A stretch of 64,000 bases of DNA, from the IMG/VR virus record IMGVR_UViG_3300013117_000027; one strand, written 5' to 3'. The DNA comes from a virus. The notes beneath the pieces were generated by a model. The model saw nothing but the letters and a program-made list of their open reading frames with translations, had not been told where the DNA came from and ran no database searches. The position numbers and the translations under genes are program-made. Of the stretch, positions 48,163 to 57,093 are shown piece after piece; position 1 is the stretch's first letter, and every line of letters begins with the position of its first letter.

Positions 48163-48421
48163 GGCCTTCAGGATGGAAGTCTTGAAGCAAACTCCTCTAA
48201 TTCAGGGGATACCCAAACAGATAAAGCTGTGGGCAATCCTGAGCGAAGCTCTGTAAAGAGAACGTGCAACGACTAACTGTGATGAATGTAGCAGTGTAGG
48301 CCTAAGTAGGTCGAAACGGGGAGCATCCTTTGGGATGGTGATATAGTCTAGTCTGCATGGAAACATGCAGCTGCGAGTAATGTCGCGGGATAAGATTAAC
48401 GACCTTGTCTGAATATAAACG

Positions 48422-48894
48422 TTAAGAGAGCTGCAGTTAAGTGGGGAGTTGGAAGATTCTTATACACTTTAGACATGATACTCTTAGATCAGAAAGATTA
48501 CAAAGGTCGACTCAAACCTTGTACAAAAGATGGTAAGATTCTTTGGAGTGGTGATGAAATCACTAACTACATCAATAAAACTATTAAGAATAAGAATACT
48601 AGTAAAACTTCTTACAGTAATGACCATAAACCAACTGCTGGAAGATATAATCCAGATAAAGGTGGTGCAAACGTTACGTATAGCAACAGTAGTGCTTATT
48701 CGCCTAATACTATTACTAAGGTCAAGAAACTGTCTAGAGATGGTAAGAAAGGTAAGGAAGTTCTTAAGGCTTACATACCTGCTTACAATAAAGTAAAGAA
48801 GACTGACTATAACAGTATAACGCAGTTTACTACAGACGTATTAATAAATGATCTTATATCGTTTGTTGAGAATACACCACCAGCAGACGTGTAA
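48422..48894 (+). CDS. Rad52/Rad22 (Sak-like) single-strand annealing protein, exon 2
   Basis: (F)KRAAVKWGVGRFLYTL is in frame with ORF 48475..48894; spliced CDS is 768 nt, 255 aa. Confidence 0.85.
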
Positions 48895-48917
48895 TATCAT
48901 AGATTACTTTCCTTTAC

Positions 48918-48953
48918 AGAGAATCTCCCTAAAAAGAGGTTCTCTTTTTTTTT
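48918..48953 (+). terminator. Rho-independent terminator
   Basis: AGAGAATCTC-cctaaaaa-GAGGTTCTCT followed by a T run. Confidence 0.75.
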
Positions 48954-48956
48954 GTA

Positions 48957-48985
48957 TTGACTTTTTTATGCTAATGTGGTATATT
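48957..48985 (+). promoter_or_regulatory. Sigma70-like promoter for primase-helicase
   Basis: TTGACT-tttttatgctaatgtgg(17)-TATATT. Confidence 0.8.
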
Positions 48986-49013
48986 ATAGTGTAAAATTAA
49001 AGGAAAGGAAAAT

Positions 49014-52000
49014 ATGAATTATCAAGAAGTAATAAAAGAACTTCATGGAAAACTCGAAGACTATCTTAAGTCTCAAGGAGTTGAAATAACATCAAATGGA
49101 TTCTTCTGCTGTATTCATCCGGATCATCCAGACAGATATCCTTCTGCTTCTCTTAACTACGGTAACGAGTTAAAAGGAAAGGTATTCCACTGCTTTAGTG
49201 GTAGAAGTCATGATGGAAACATATTTACTGCTGCTCATTGGTTAGAAGGTCTACCTTTACAAGGACATGACTTTTGGGAGCATACAATGGTAGAGCTATG
49301 TAAAAGATATAACATAGACTATGAGCCATTGGAAGTAGATGAAGGCACAAGAAGACAGTATCAAGCTTATAAAGCCACAAGAGATGCTGCTAAGATTATA
49401 CATAACATGATCTATGATGGTGATGATCTGAAAGATCACGTAGGTATACGTCATCTTCTAGAAAGAGGAGTAACAAGAGAAAGTATAGAGAAGTGGGGTA
49501 TAGGTGTCCTTACATCTTTCAAAGACTATAAGCACGGTATTCAACAGCTAGGCCACAATGATGAGAACTTCCTGTACTCTAAGGACTTGATGAACAAGAA
49601 TCTGTTCAACAGAGACAGCTTCATCATACCTATACATGACCACTCTTCAAGAGTTGTAGGGTTTGTTACAAGGAACTGTAGGATTAATCCTAATGATCAT
49701 GTGACAAGAAAGTATATTAATACTATTAATACTGACATCTATGAGAAGGGTAGCATACTCTTTGGATATCATAGAATAAAGAACATGAGCGGGCCTCTCT
49801 ACATAGTAGAAGGTTACTTAGATGCTATCATGTTAGAGCAAGCTGGTCTACAAAAAGTTGTAGCAATAGGTGCTACTGTTCTTACTAACCATCACATTAC
49901 AGAAACTTTGTTTAATGATCAGACAGATATAATACTATGTCTAGATGCTGACAAGGGTGGTGAGGATGGAGTTAAGTTAGCATTAGAAAGAATGGCGTGC
50001 TACCGTAAGTTCAACGTTACTATCATAGATCTACCTAGAGACTACGATCCTGACACATACGTTAGAGAGTTTGGAATAGAAGCTTTCCAAGCGTTAGAAA
50101 AGTTGTCTCCATTTGCATGGTCTTTAAAGCACAGTGAGTACAGTGACGACATGACAATTGTAGCAGAAAAGATGATACCTATCATCGCAGCAGAAGAGTC
50201 TTCTATCACTAGACTTAGAATGATAAGAGATTTGTCTAACTATACAGCTATACCTGAACTAGATATCAGAAGAGATGTAGACGCATTAGTATCTAAAGAA
50301 GATGATAAGTACTTACAAGGTATACGTGATATTAATCAGTATGCTGGTGCTCAGTTATCTAGACGTAAGGTCAGTGACACTAAGAGTATTCTAAGAGATG
50401 CTCTTAATAAAGTAGAGATCTTAGACGAGAAACACAATAGTGTAAAAGATATGCAGAATGAGTATATGAATAAGTTACAACATCTAGATAATAAGTTACA
50501 AGAAGGTGACTTTAAGTACGGACTTCTATGTCCAAAACATAAAGGTATTGAGACTACATTAGATGGTATACCTTACTGGACTTGTATGACACTGTTCGGC
50601 GGAAGACCATCGGCAGGAAAAAGTTTGAGACCTGGAACACAGGTATTAATGTACAATGGTAATATAAAAAAGATAGAAGATGTTAAAGTAGGTGATCAAT
50701 TAATGGGACCAGACTCTAATCCTAGAAACGTTCTTGCATTAGGTACAGGTGAAGAGGAGATGTATGATATCATACCTAAACGTGGCATGAAGTGGGGATG
50801 TAATGAACCACATATACTGTCTCTTCGTATGAGTTCTGATAATGGTGATGTATATAAAAAAGATGATATTATTAACTTACCAATAAAGGATTATATGTGT
50901 AAAAATACTAAGTTTAAACATCATGCTAAACAATGGAGAACTGGTTGGGAGTTACCAACTAAACGTATACCATATGATGCATATTATATAGGTAGTTGGT
51001 TAGGTGATGGTAGTAAAGATAGTGCTGAGATAACAACTGGTGATCCAGAGTATGTAGAATCTTACTATAAAGCGTTTGCTAATAAGTTTGGATTTAGAAT
51101 GTCTAAATATCATCAAGAACGTAATACATACGTATATAGAATGTGTAAAACTTCTGGTAAAACTAATCCGCTCTTAAATTATTTAAGAGATAAGTGTTTG
51201 GTTAATAATGAGAAACGTATACCTAAAGAATACTTACATAACTCAAGAACCATAAGACTAGAACTATTAGCTGGACTTATAGATACTGATGGATATCTTG
51301 TAAGAAAAGATTCTGGAACATATGAAATTACTACAAAATACGCACGTCTAAGAGATGATATACTTTACCTTGGAAATTCATTAGGATTCTTATCTACATA
51401 TAGTGATAAGAAAGTAACCATAAAAGAAGGAGATGTTAGAACTTACTATAGAATACATATATCAGGTAATATACGTGAAGTTCCAGTTAAGATAGAACGT
51501 AAGAAGTCTATAACTTCTAATAGAAGAACTAATCATCAAAACGTTGGCTTTGATATAAAACATACTGGAAAAGGTAAGTACTACGGAGTTGTTCTTGATA
51601 ATGATCATCTATTCTTACTAGCAGATGGTACCGTGACACATAATACGGCTTTCATGACAGACTTGTCTCTAGATATAGTAGAAGCTAACGACGACGCTGC
51701 TATCTTTTACATGTCTATAGACGATAACATGGATTTACTAACAACCAAGATGTTAGCTGTAAGAAGTGGTCTATCTACTACTGAGATAAAAGGTTACAAA
51801 GATCTTAGAGGTGAAGACAGAGATTCTTACCATGAAGCTATGCAGTTCTTAAAGAACAATGCTGACAGGTTTATCATAGCTGACGCTATACAAGGAAACA
51901 GTGTAGACGCATTAGAGAATCATGTAAGATGGTTTTGTAGAGAGTTCAAAGACCAGAAGAAAGTGTTCTTACTAGATAACTTTCACAAACTTAGGATGGA

Positions 52001-52433
52001 GATAAGAGGTCAGACAAGAAAGAGCGACGCTATCAGTGATACGTCTCAACAGATTAAAGAGATTACTCAGTTAAATGACATACATATAATGTCTACAGTA
52101 GAGCTTAGAAAGCTTCAGACTAATACTGATAGACCTACAAGGAATGATATGCAAGGTAGTGCTAAGCTAGACTACGATGCAGATGTTATAGGACTTGTTC
52201 ACAATGATATGCAGGTGAATAGGAATACAAGACTTGTTCACTACCAAGATGTTCACGGAAAATCGAGAGCGATGCCATGGATAGAGTTATCAATAGATAA
52301 GAACAAGATAAACGGTAAGGACTCACAGATAGTGTATAAGTACAATAAGCACAACATGCAGTTCTCCGAAGGTAGTACTAAAGACTTTTATAAGTTAAAA
52401 GATCAGATGAAACAACGTAACATAAACTTCTAA
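49014..52433 (+). CDS. DnaG-type primase / DnaB-type helicase fusion with intein
   Basis: Zn-finger CIHPDHPD...FHCF; KYINT..TDIYEKGSILFG; Toprim IVEGYLD and LDAD; Walker A GGRPSAGK|T; LLDNFH; GSAKLDYDAD. Confidence 0.9.
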   Translation: MNYQEVIKELHGKLEDYLKSQGVEITSNGFFCCIHPDHPDRYPSASLNYGNELKGKVFHCFSGRSHDGNIFTAAHWLEGLPLQGHDFWEHTMVELCKRYNIDYEPLEVDEGTRRQYQAYKATRDAAKIIHNMIYDGDDLKDHVGIRHLLERGVTRESIEKWGIGVLTSFKDYKHGIQQLGHNDENFLYSKDLMNKNLFNRDSFIIPIHDHSSRVVGFVTRNCRINPNDHVTRKYINTINTDIYEKGSILFGYHRIKNMSGPLYIVEGYLDAIMLEQAGLQKVVAIGATVLTNHHITETLFNDQTDIILCLDADKGGEDGVKLALERMACYRKFNVTIIDLPRDYDPDTYVREFGIEAFQALEKLSPFAWSLKHSEYSDDMTIVAEKMIPIIAAEESSITRLRMIRDLSNYTAIPELDIRRDVDALVSKEDDKYLQGIRDINQYAGAQLSRRKVSDTKSILRDALNKVEILDEKHNSVKDMQNEYMNKLQHLDNKLQEGDFKYGLLCPKHKGIETTLDGIPYWTCMTLFGGRPSAGKSLRPGTQVLMYNGNIKKIEDVKVGDQLMGPDSNPRNVLALGTGEEEMYDIIPKRGMKWGCNEPHILSLRMSSDNGDVYKKDDIINLPIKDYMCKNTKFKHHAKQWRTGWELPTKRIPYDAYYIGSWLGDGSKDSAEITTGDPEYVESYYKAFANKFGFRMSKYHQERNTYVYRMCKTSGKTNPLLNYLRDKCLVNNEKRIPKEYLHNSRTIRLELLAGLIDTDGYLVRKDSGTYEITTKYARLRDDILYLGNSLGFLSTYSDKKVTIKEGDVRTYYRIHISGNIREVPVKIERKKSITSNRRTNHQNVGFDIKHTGKGKYYGVVLDNDHLFLLADGTVTHNTAFMTDLSLDIVEANDDAAIFYMSIDDNMDLLTTKMLAVRSGLSTTEIKGYKDLRGEDRDSYHEAMQFLKNNADRFIIADAIQGNSVDALENHVRWFCREFKDQKKVFLLDNFHKLRMEIRGQTRKSDAISDTSQQIKEITQLNDIHIMSTVELRKLQTNTDRPTRNDMQGSAKLDYDADVIGLVHNDMQVNRNTRLVHYQDVHGKSRAMPWIELSIDKNKINGKDSQIVYKYNKHNMQFSEGSTKDFYKLKDQMKQRNINF
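50622..51644 (+). mobile_element. Intein (341 aa, LAGLIDADG) in helicase Walker A
   Basis: Starts SLRPGTQVLM, ends LADGTVTHN, +1 Thr; IGSWLGDG and LAGLIDTDG. Confidence 0.92.
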
Positions 52434-53101
52434 TGCCATATAATCAAATAAAATGTGAGACATATTGTAATAGAGCATTCGGTTGCTCTTTTTACAAGAA
52501 AGGAAATAACTATGATAAGTATATTGGGAATGGGCTTAAGAGCATTCTTATTGAATATAAGTCAGATCGCGAAGGTGGTAACGACAGCAGTCTCTTTGAT
52601 ATTCTTAGTAGACAATATAAGCCACGGTACTTTGCTAAGATAGCATACAAAGAAGATAGAAAGAGAATAGAGTCTGTGTTCATTGATTGTATCAAGAACC
52701 TAGACCAGTTCTTCTCCAAGTATGAAGTGTCAGATATCTCTGGCACTTACTTGTACAGAGGAAGGATCAGAGGACAGATAGGTGCACGAGCTATCATTAA
52801 AGGTAAGGAGTACAATGTAGACTTCTCTTATAGTGATACCAAGGAGACATTTTATAACCTCTTCTACCATTCATTCAACTCGTACCTTTATAATGTTTGT
52901 AACAATACTGAGAATGACTTACTAGTGTATATGCCTCGTACGGATACATATTACTCTATAAAGAATAAGAACTATACTATTAAGTATGGGTTCTTGCAAG
53001 GTACTATTCAACGCAAGACATATAGACCTGGGCACCAGTGCCTTACTTGTTCGGTAAGAGGCTGTACTCCACGTCTTATAACTAATATAGAAAGGATATA
53101 A
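52433..53101 (+). CDS. Hypothetical protein, possibly a degenerate Cas4/PD-(D/E)xK fold
   Basis: N-terminal Cys plus C-terminal PGHQCLTCSVRGC; catalytic motifs not evident. Confidence 0.4.
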   Translation: MPYNQIKCETYCNRAFGCSFYKKGNNYDKYIGNGLKSILIEYKSDREGGNDSSLFDILSRQYKPRYFAKIAYKEDRKRIESVFIDCIKNLDQFFSKYEVSDISGTYLYRGRIRGQIGARAIIKGKEYNVDFSYSDTKETFYNLFYHSFNSYLYNVCNNTENDLLVYMPRTDTYYSIKNKNYTIKYGFLQGTIQRKTYRPGHQCLTCSVRGCTPRLITNIERI

Positions 53102-53102
53102 C

Positions 53103-53291
53103 ATGAGTTGTGAAATCAGATCAAAAGGTGGAAAACTCTTAGGTCATCTATCAGATTCGTTAGACGGTGAAGATTATCTTATTGTTGATAACAAGAAGGT
53201 TCCTCTAGCAGAGGTTCAATCCAACAAGAAGCTAAAAGACGCGTTTAATGACAGTGTGAAAGATGATACTGAGGTAAAAGATGAAGAATAA
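53103..53291 (+). CDS. Small hypothetical protein
   Basis: AAAGGA SD; 62 aa. Confidence 0.55.
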   Translation: MSCEIRSKGGKLLGHLSDSLDGEDYLIVDNKKVPLAEVQSNKKLKDAFNDSVKDDTEVKDEE

Positions 53292-53535
53292 CATCATCAA
53301 TAATATAAGTATAGACAAGCTTCCTCCTGAAGTACAAGATGCTATATTGAGAGAGTTTTCAACTCTCTCGTTAAAGCATAAAGTTATTGTCTATTCTAAA
53401 CTTGTACACGGACATATGTTTAAGGTGACTTCTAATGACTTTTTCAACATTAACAAGCAGACACCTAGTGTAGTGTACAGAACGTTTTTAAGGAACGTTA
53501 CAGATAGAGTGAGAGGTGAATATGAATCATGTTAA
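53281..53535 (+). CDS. Small hypothetical protein, possible helix-turn-helix
   Basis: GAGGT SD; weak resemblance to sigma region 4. Confidence 0.4.
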   Translation: MKNNIINNISIDKLPPEVQDAILREFSTLSLKHKVIVYSKLVHGHMFKVTSNDFFNINKQTPSVVYRTFLRNVTDRVRGEYESC

Positions 53536-53608
53536 AGAAATTCCTAAGATAGTGAAGTACGGGAAAAGAATACCTGTTGCAATAAATAATACTATTCCGA
53601 AAAAACAC

Positions 53609-53637
53609 TTGACTTCTGTATGCGAATCAGGTATATT
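53609..53637 (+). promoter_or_regulatory. Sigma70-like promoter for the glycosylation cluster
   Basis: TTGACT-tctgtatgcgaatcagg(17)-TATATT. Confidence 0.75.
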
Positions 53638-53654
53638 AGAAGGGAAGATACAAG

Positions 53655-53909
53655 ATGAATCTAAGACTAGATATAGACAAGTCAGATCTGGAACTGATGA
53701 AAGACAGAGCAATACTAGAACTAAATCCAAGCAGAAGAGAAAGAATACAGATAGCAACAGTTCAAACGTTTCAACAACTAAAGGATACGATAGACTTCAT
53801 AAGGAAGGAAAGGGAACTAAAGACGAACCTGCTTCAAAGTCTAGGAAAAAGAAAGTTAGATCCAACCAAACCAGTGATTAGTTCAACAACGTTTATAGAA
53901 TTAATATAG
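53655..53909 (+). CDS. Hypothetical protein (84 aa)
   Basis: Follows the promoter and an AGGGAAG SD-like motif; helical composition; ends just before the GT gene. Confidence 0.6.
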   Translation: MNLRLDIDKSDLELMKDRAILELNPSRRERIQIATVQTFQQLKDTIDFIRKERELKTNLLQSLGKRKLDPTKPVISSTTFIELI

Positions 53910-53917
53910 GAAATAAT

Positions 53918-56539
53918 ATGAAGAAAAAACTACTAATAATAGCGGACAGTATCAAGCGACAAACTGGCTATTCTACTGTCGCTACTAACATAATCAATAA
54001 CATAGACCATTCGAAGTTTGAGGTAGCCCAACTAGGTCTTGCTGATATACCTGTTGACTATACTAAGACTAAGTTACCAGTACATCACTACTCTGTGATG
54101 AAAGATCATTCTCAGTGTTGTAAACGTGGTCACTTAATAGAATACTATAATAAAGATACAGGTGAGCTAACTAATATTGTTCCTAACCTTACTGTAGACA
54201 ATCATCCACAACAAGGTATATGTCCAAGAGGAACTAATTTACCAGGAGATGTGTTCGCACAAGAATCAGCATTCTTTGTTATACAACACTATAAACCTGA
54301 TATAGTAATAGCTATCAATGATGTATGGGCGTTGTATCATTATAATTTTCTACGTAACAGAAAAGACTTTGTGTATGTACCTTACCTAGCAGTCGATAGT
54401 GAGTGTTTTCCAATGCACATCCATGCTCAGAAACCAGGAATGCCACCTATAGATACTTTAAAGTTTCTTGGACTGAACGATGAGACTGTAGTATTTACCA
54501 ACTTCGCTAAAAAAGAGGTAGATAAAACAGTAGAACTTGCTACAGACGGTGGAAAACTTGCTAAAGATATTAAGATTATACCTCATGGTGTTGATATTTC
54601 ATCTTTTAAACCTCTTGATAACAAGAAAGAACTAAGGAAGAAATATTTTCAGATAGAAGATGATAGTGTATTCTTGATAGGATGTGTTCAACGTAATCAA
54701 CCTAGAAAAAGAATGGATGCTATCTTTCAAACTTTAAAGATACTTAAAGATAAGTATGAAGAAAAAGGAAGAAAGATAATGGTTCACTTTCACTGCGCTA
54801 TGAATGATAACCTCGGATGGGATCTTCCGCACTTAGGAAAAGTATACGGAGTACTAGATTCGTGTGTGTTTGATAATAAGTTATCTCCAGGAATGGGTGT
54901 ACCAGTTGATGTTCTAAACGAGATTATTAATTGTTATGATATGCACTTAACTTTAACAAATTCGGAAGGATGGTGTAGTTACGGTCATACCAATGTCTTA
55001 ACGGAAAGTTGTATTAAAAGATTAGATGAGATAACTGATAATGATAAAGTTATTACTCACACAGGTAAGATAAAGAAAGTTCTTAAGCCGTTATCTAGAC
55101 ATTATAGTGGTGATATGATAAAAATTAAATATACTGGTGCGACAAGAGAAGTGTCTTTCACGCCTAATCATAATGTGTTAGTTCGTAGAAATGATACTAA
55201 TGCGTGGGTAAGATCTGATGAGTTAACTATATCAGATAGGTTATGTTTACCTATTCCTAAATTTGAAAAACAAGATTCAATATTACATATAAAAGATCTT
55301 ATTCAAGGTATAAATGTAGTCAATGAAGATGATCAACTGTTAATATTGACTGATTATAATAAGAAAGACGGAACATATGTATCACACATTAATAAAAAGA
55401 CAGTTCCCATTAAAGCTGTATGGAACATAGATGAACAAATGGCCACACTATTTGGAAACTTTATAGCAGAAGGATCAACTAATAGTAGTCAAATAACATT
55501 TTCTATTAATGCTCAAAGAGATAATATTATTAGAAAAAATGTTATAGACTTTGCAACAAAGTTTAAACTTAAGTATAATCAATATATCATGGAAAGAAAC
55601 AGAGAAAATATATCTGTAAGTTCGACGATATTATCGCATATGTTTAAATCTTTTGGACAAGGTGCTAAGAATAAAGTAATACCTCATGAAATATTTAATA
55701 TAGTTTCAGGAAATAGTAAGTTAACCAAAGCGTTATTAAACGGATTAATAGAAGGCGATGGATGTTTTAATACACAGAATGCTATTACTTATACAACTAT
55801 ATCAAAAACACTGGCATACCAAGTGAAGACTTTATTTCTTAGTCTTGGCATATTTGCGAGAATATATGAACACAAAGAACGAAAATCATTTGATGTTTGG
55901 GTGCAAGGTGGAAATAATATTAATGAAATGTCTAAATGGATAGATAAGATACCTAATAACATAAATCTTCCACAACAAAAACGTAATATTCAAACAAAAC
56001 AAGATAATGATTATTTCTATCCTAAGATTAAAGGAATCATAAAAGAAGAATATAACGGTGTAGTGTATAATATAAGTGTGGAAGACGATGAGTCATATAT
56101 AACTGAAGGATTTGCTGTTCACAACTGTCTTCCTATCTTAGAGACAATGAGCGCAGGAATACCTAATGTTATAACTGACTACTCAGCTCATGGAGACTGG
56201 GCATCTGGAACAGCATTAAAGGTAAAGCTAGCGGCTAAGATACATGAAGTTAAAACTAACCACATCAAAGGTATAGCTGACATCAACGACGCAGCTAAAA
56301 ATGTGTCACTACTATATAAGTCAAAGAAACTATTGAAAGATTATCAGAAGAGATCATTAAAGCTTGCTAACAAGTTAGAATGGTCAAAGGTTTGCACTCA
56401 ATGGAACAAGCTTCTAGATGAACTAGACTTAAGTAAGTTAGAAGATGGAAGATATGATCTTACAGTAATAGAACCTGCTAACGAAAGCATTATCCCTGAT
56501 AACCCAGTAACAACACCTTTTACCCTAGTGGAGGTATAG
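53918..56539 (+). CDS. GT-B (GT4-like) glycosyltransferase with intein
   Basis: TGYSTV; IIPHGVD..SFKP; VQRNQPRKR; EGW|CLPILETMSAGIP. Confidence 0.88.
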   Translation: MKKKLLIIADSIKRQTGYSTVATNIINNIDHSKFEVAQLGLADIPVDYTKTKLPVHHYSVMKDHSQCCKRGHLIEYYNKDTGELTNIVPNLTVDNHPQQGICPRGTNLPGDVFAQESAFFVIQHYKPDIVIAINDVWALYHYNFLRNRKDFVYVPYLAVDSECFPMHIHAQKPGMPPIDTLKFLGLNDETVVFTNFAKKEVDKTVELATDGGKLAKDIKIIPHGVDISSFKPLDNKKELRKKYFQIEDDSVFLIGCVQRNQPRKRMDAIFQTLKILKDKYEEKGRKIMVHFHCAMNDNLGWDLPHLGKVYGVLDSCVFDNKLSPGMGVPVDVLNEIINCYDMHLTLTNSEGWCSYGHTNVLTESCIKRLDEITDNDKVITHTGKIKKVLKPLSRHYSGDMIKIKYTGATREVSFTPNHNVLVRRNDTNAWVRSDELTISDRLCLPIPKFEKQDSILHIKDLIQGINVVNEDDQLLILTDYNKKDGTYVSHINKKTVPIKAVWNIDEQMATLFGNFIAEGSTNSSQITFSINAQRDNIIRKNVIDFATKFKLKYNQYIMERNRENISVSSTILSHMFKSFGQGAKNKVIPHEIFNIVSGNSKLTKALLNGLIEGDGCFNTQNAITYTTISKTLAYQVKTLFLSLGIFARIYEHKERKSFDVWVQGGNNINEMSKWIDKIPNNINLPQQKRNIQTKQDNDYFYPKIKGIIKEEYNGVVYNISVEDDESYITEGFAVHNCLPILETMSAGIPNVITDYSAHGDWASGTALKVKLAAKIHEVKTNHIKGIADINDAAKNVSLLYKSKKLLKDYQKRSLKLANKLEWSKVCTQWNKLLDELDLSKLEDGRYDLTVIEPANESIIPDNPVTTPFTLVEV
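54974..56125 (+). mobile_element. Intein (384 aa, LAGLIDADG) in the GT4 E-x7-E motif
   Basis: Starts CSYGHTNVLT, block B FTPNHNVL, FGNFIAEG and LNGLIEGDG, ends GFAVHN, +1 Cys. Confidence 0.92.
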
Positions 56540-56540
56540 A

Positions 56541-56783
56541 ATGGTATTTCCTAAAGAATGGAAGAACTCAACATCCGAAGAAGGTAAGTATACATTTGGT
56601 AATAATGACTCACAGATAGTAAACGTTAACGACCTTGAGATAGGAGATCTATTCTTCGCAACAGACGAAGACGGAAATCTTATCGAGGATGATGATGGTA
56701 ATACATTGTTTAGACTAGACGGTGATATGGATAAAGATAGATGTGGAGATTACTTACCATGTATTCCAGTAGGAAAGGTGTAA
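56541..56783 (+). CDS. Small acidic hypothetical protein
   Basis: GGAGGT SD; 80 aa. Confidence 0.55.
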   Translation: MVFPKEWKNSTSEEGKYTFGNNDSQIVNVNDLEIGDLFFATDEDGNLIEDDDGNTLFRLDGDMDKDRCGDYLPCIPVGKV

Positions 56784-56784
56784 T

Positions 56785-57084
56785 ATGAGCACACAAGATT
56801 TATATAACTATGTTGCTAAAATAGAAAAGATATCCCCACGAGACGGGGATATCATAGCACTGAAACTTAATATAAGCGAGACACAAATGAGTGAAACACT
56901 TGTTCAAAGTATAGGAGAGCTTGCTGGTTTGCTAGAAGACTATGGTATTCAAAATCCTTTACTGGTGTTAGGAAAAGATTCTTCTATAGAATCTATAGAC
57001 GATAAGACTTTAGCACACCTAGGACTTGCACGTATACCTAAGACAACAGAAACAGACTCAATCGTAGACGATTTATACCAATAG
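56785..57084 (+). CDS. Hypothetical protein
   Basis: AAGGTG SD; 99 aa. Confidence 0.55.
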   Translation: MSTQDLYNYVAKIEKISPRDGDIIALKLNISETQMSETLVQSIGELAGLLEDYGIQNPLLVLGKDSSIESIDDKTLAHLGLARIPKTTETDSIVDDLYQ

Positions 57085-57093
57085 GATATATAG

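Larger units (their letters stand above)
47092..48421 (+). ncRNA. Group I self-splicing intron (1330 nt) with a homing endonuclease gene in loop L1
   Basis: Exon 1 ends in U, intron ends in G. IGS AGGGC 48161-48165 pairs with GCCU|U. Core: P AATTCAGGGGA 48199, Q AATCCTGAGC 48235, R GTGCAACGACTA 48264, S ATATAGTC 48341; P2, P8 and P9 hairpins. Splicing restores SDAFKRAAVKWGVGRFLY. Confidence 0.93.

Noticed and set aside
48163-48421. tRNA or independent ncRNA in the GC-richer structured gap
   Set aside because: Fully explained as the group I intron catalytic core; no cloverleaf seen here or elsewhere
53516-53881. 121-aa ORF as a real gene
   Set aside because: It spans the conserved promoter and overlaps the better 53655..53909 ORF with low-complexity off-frame composition; an SD-like GAGGTG before ATG 53522 means it is not fully excluded
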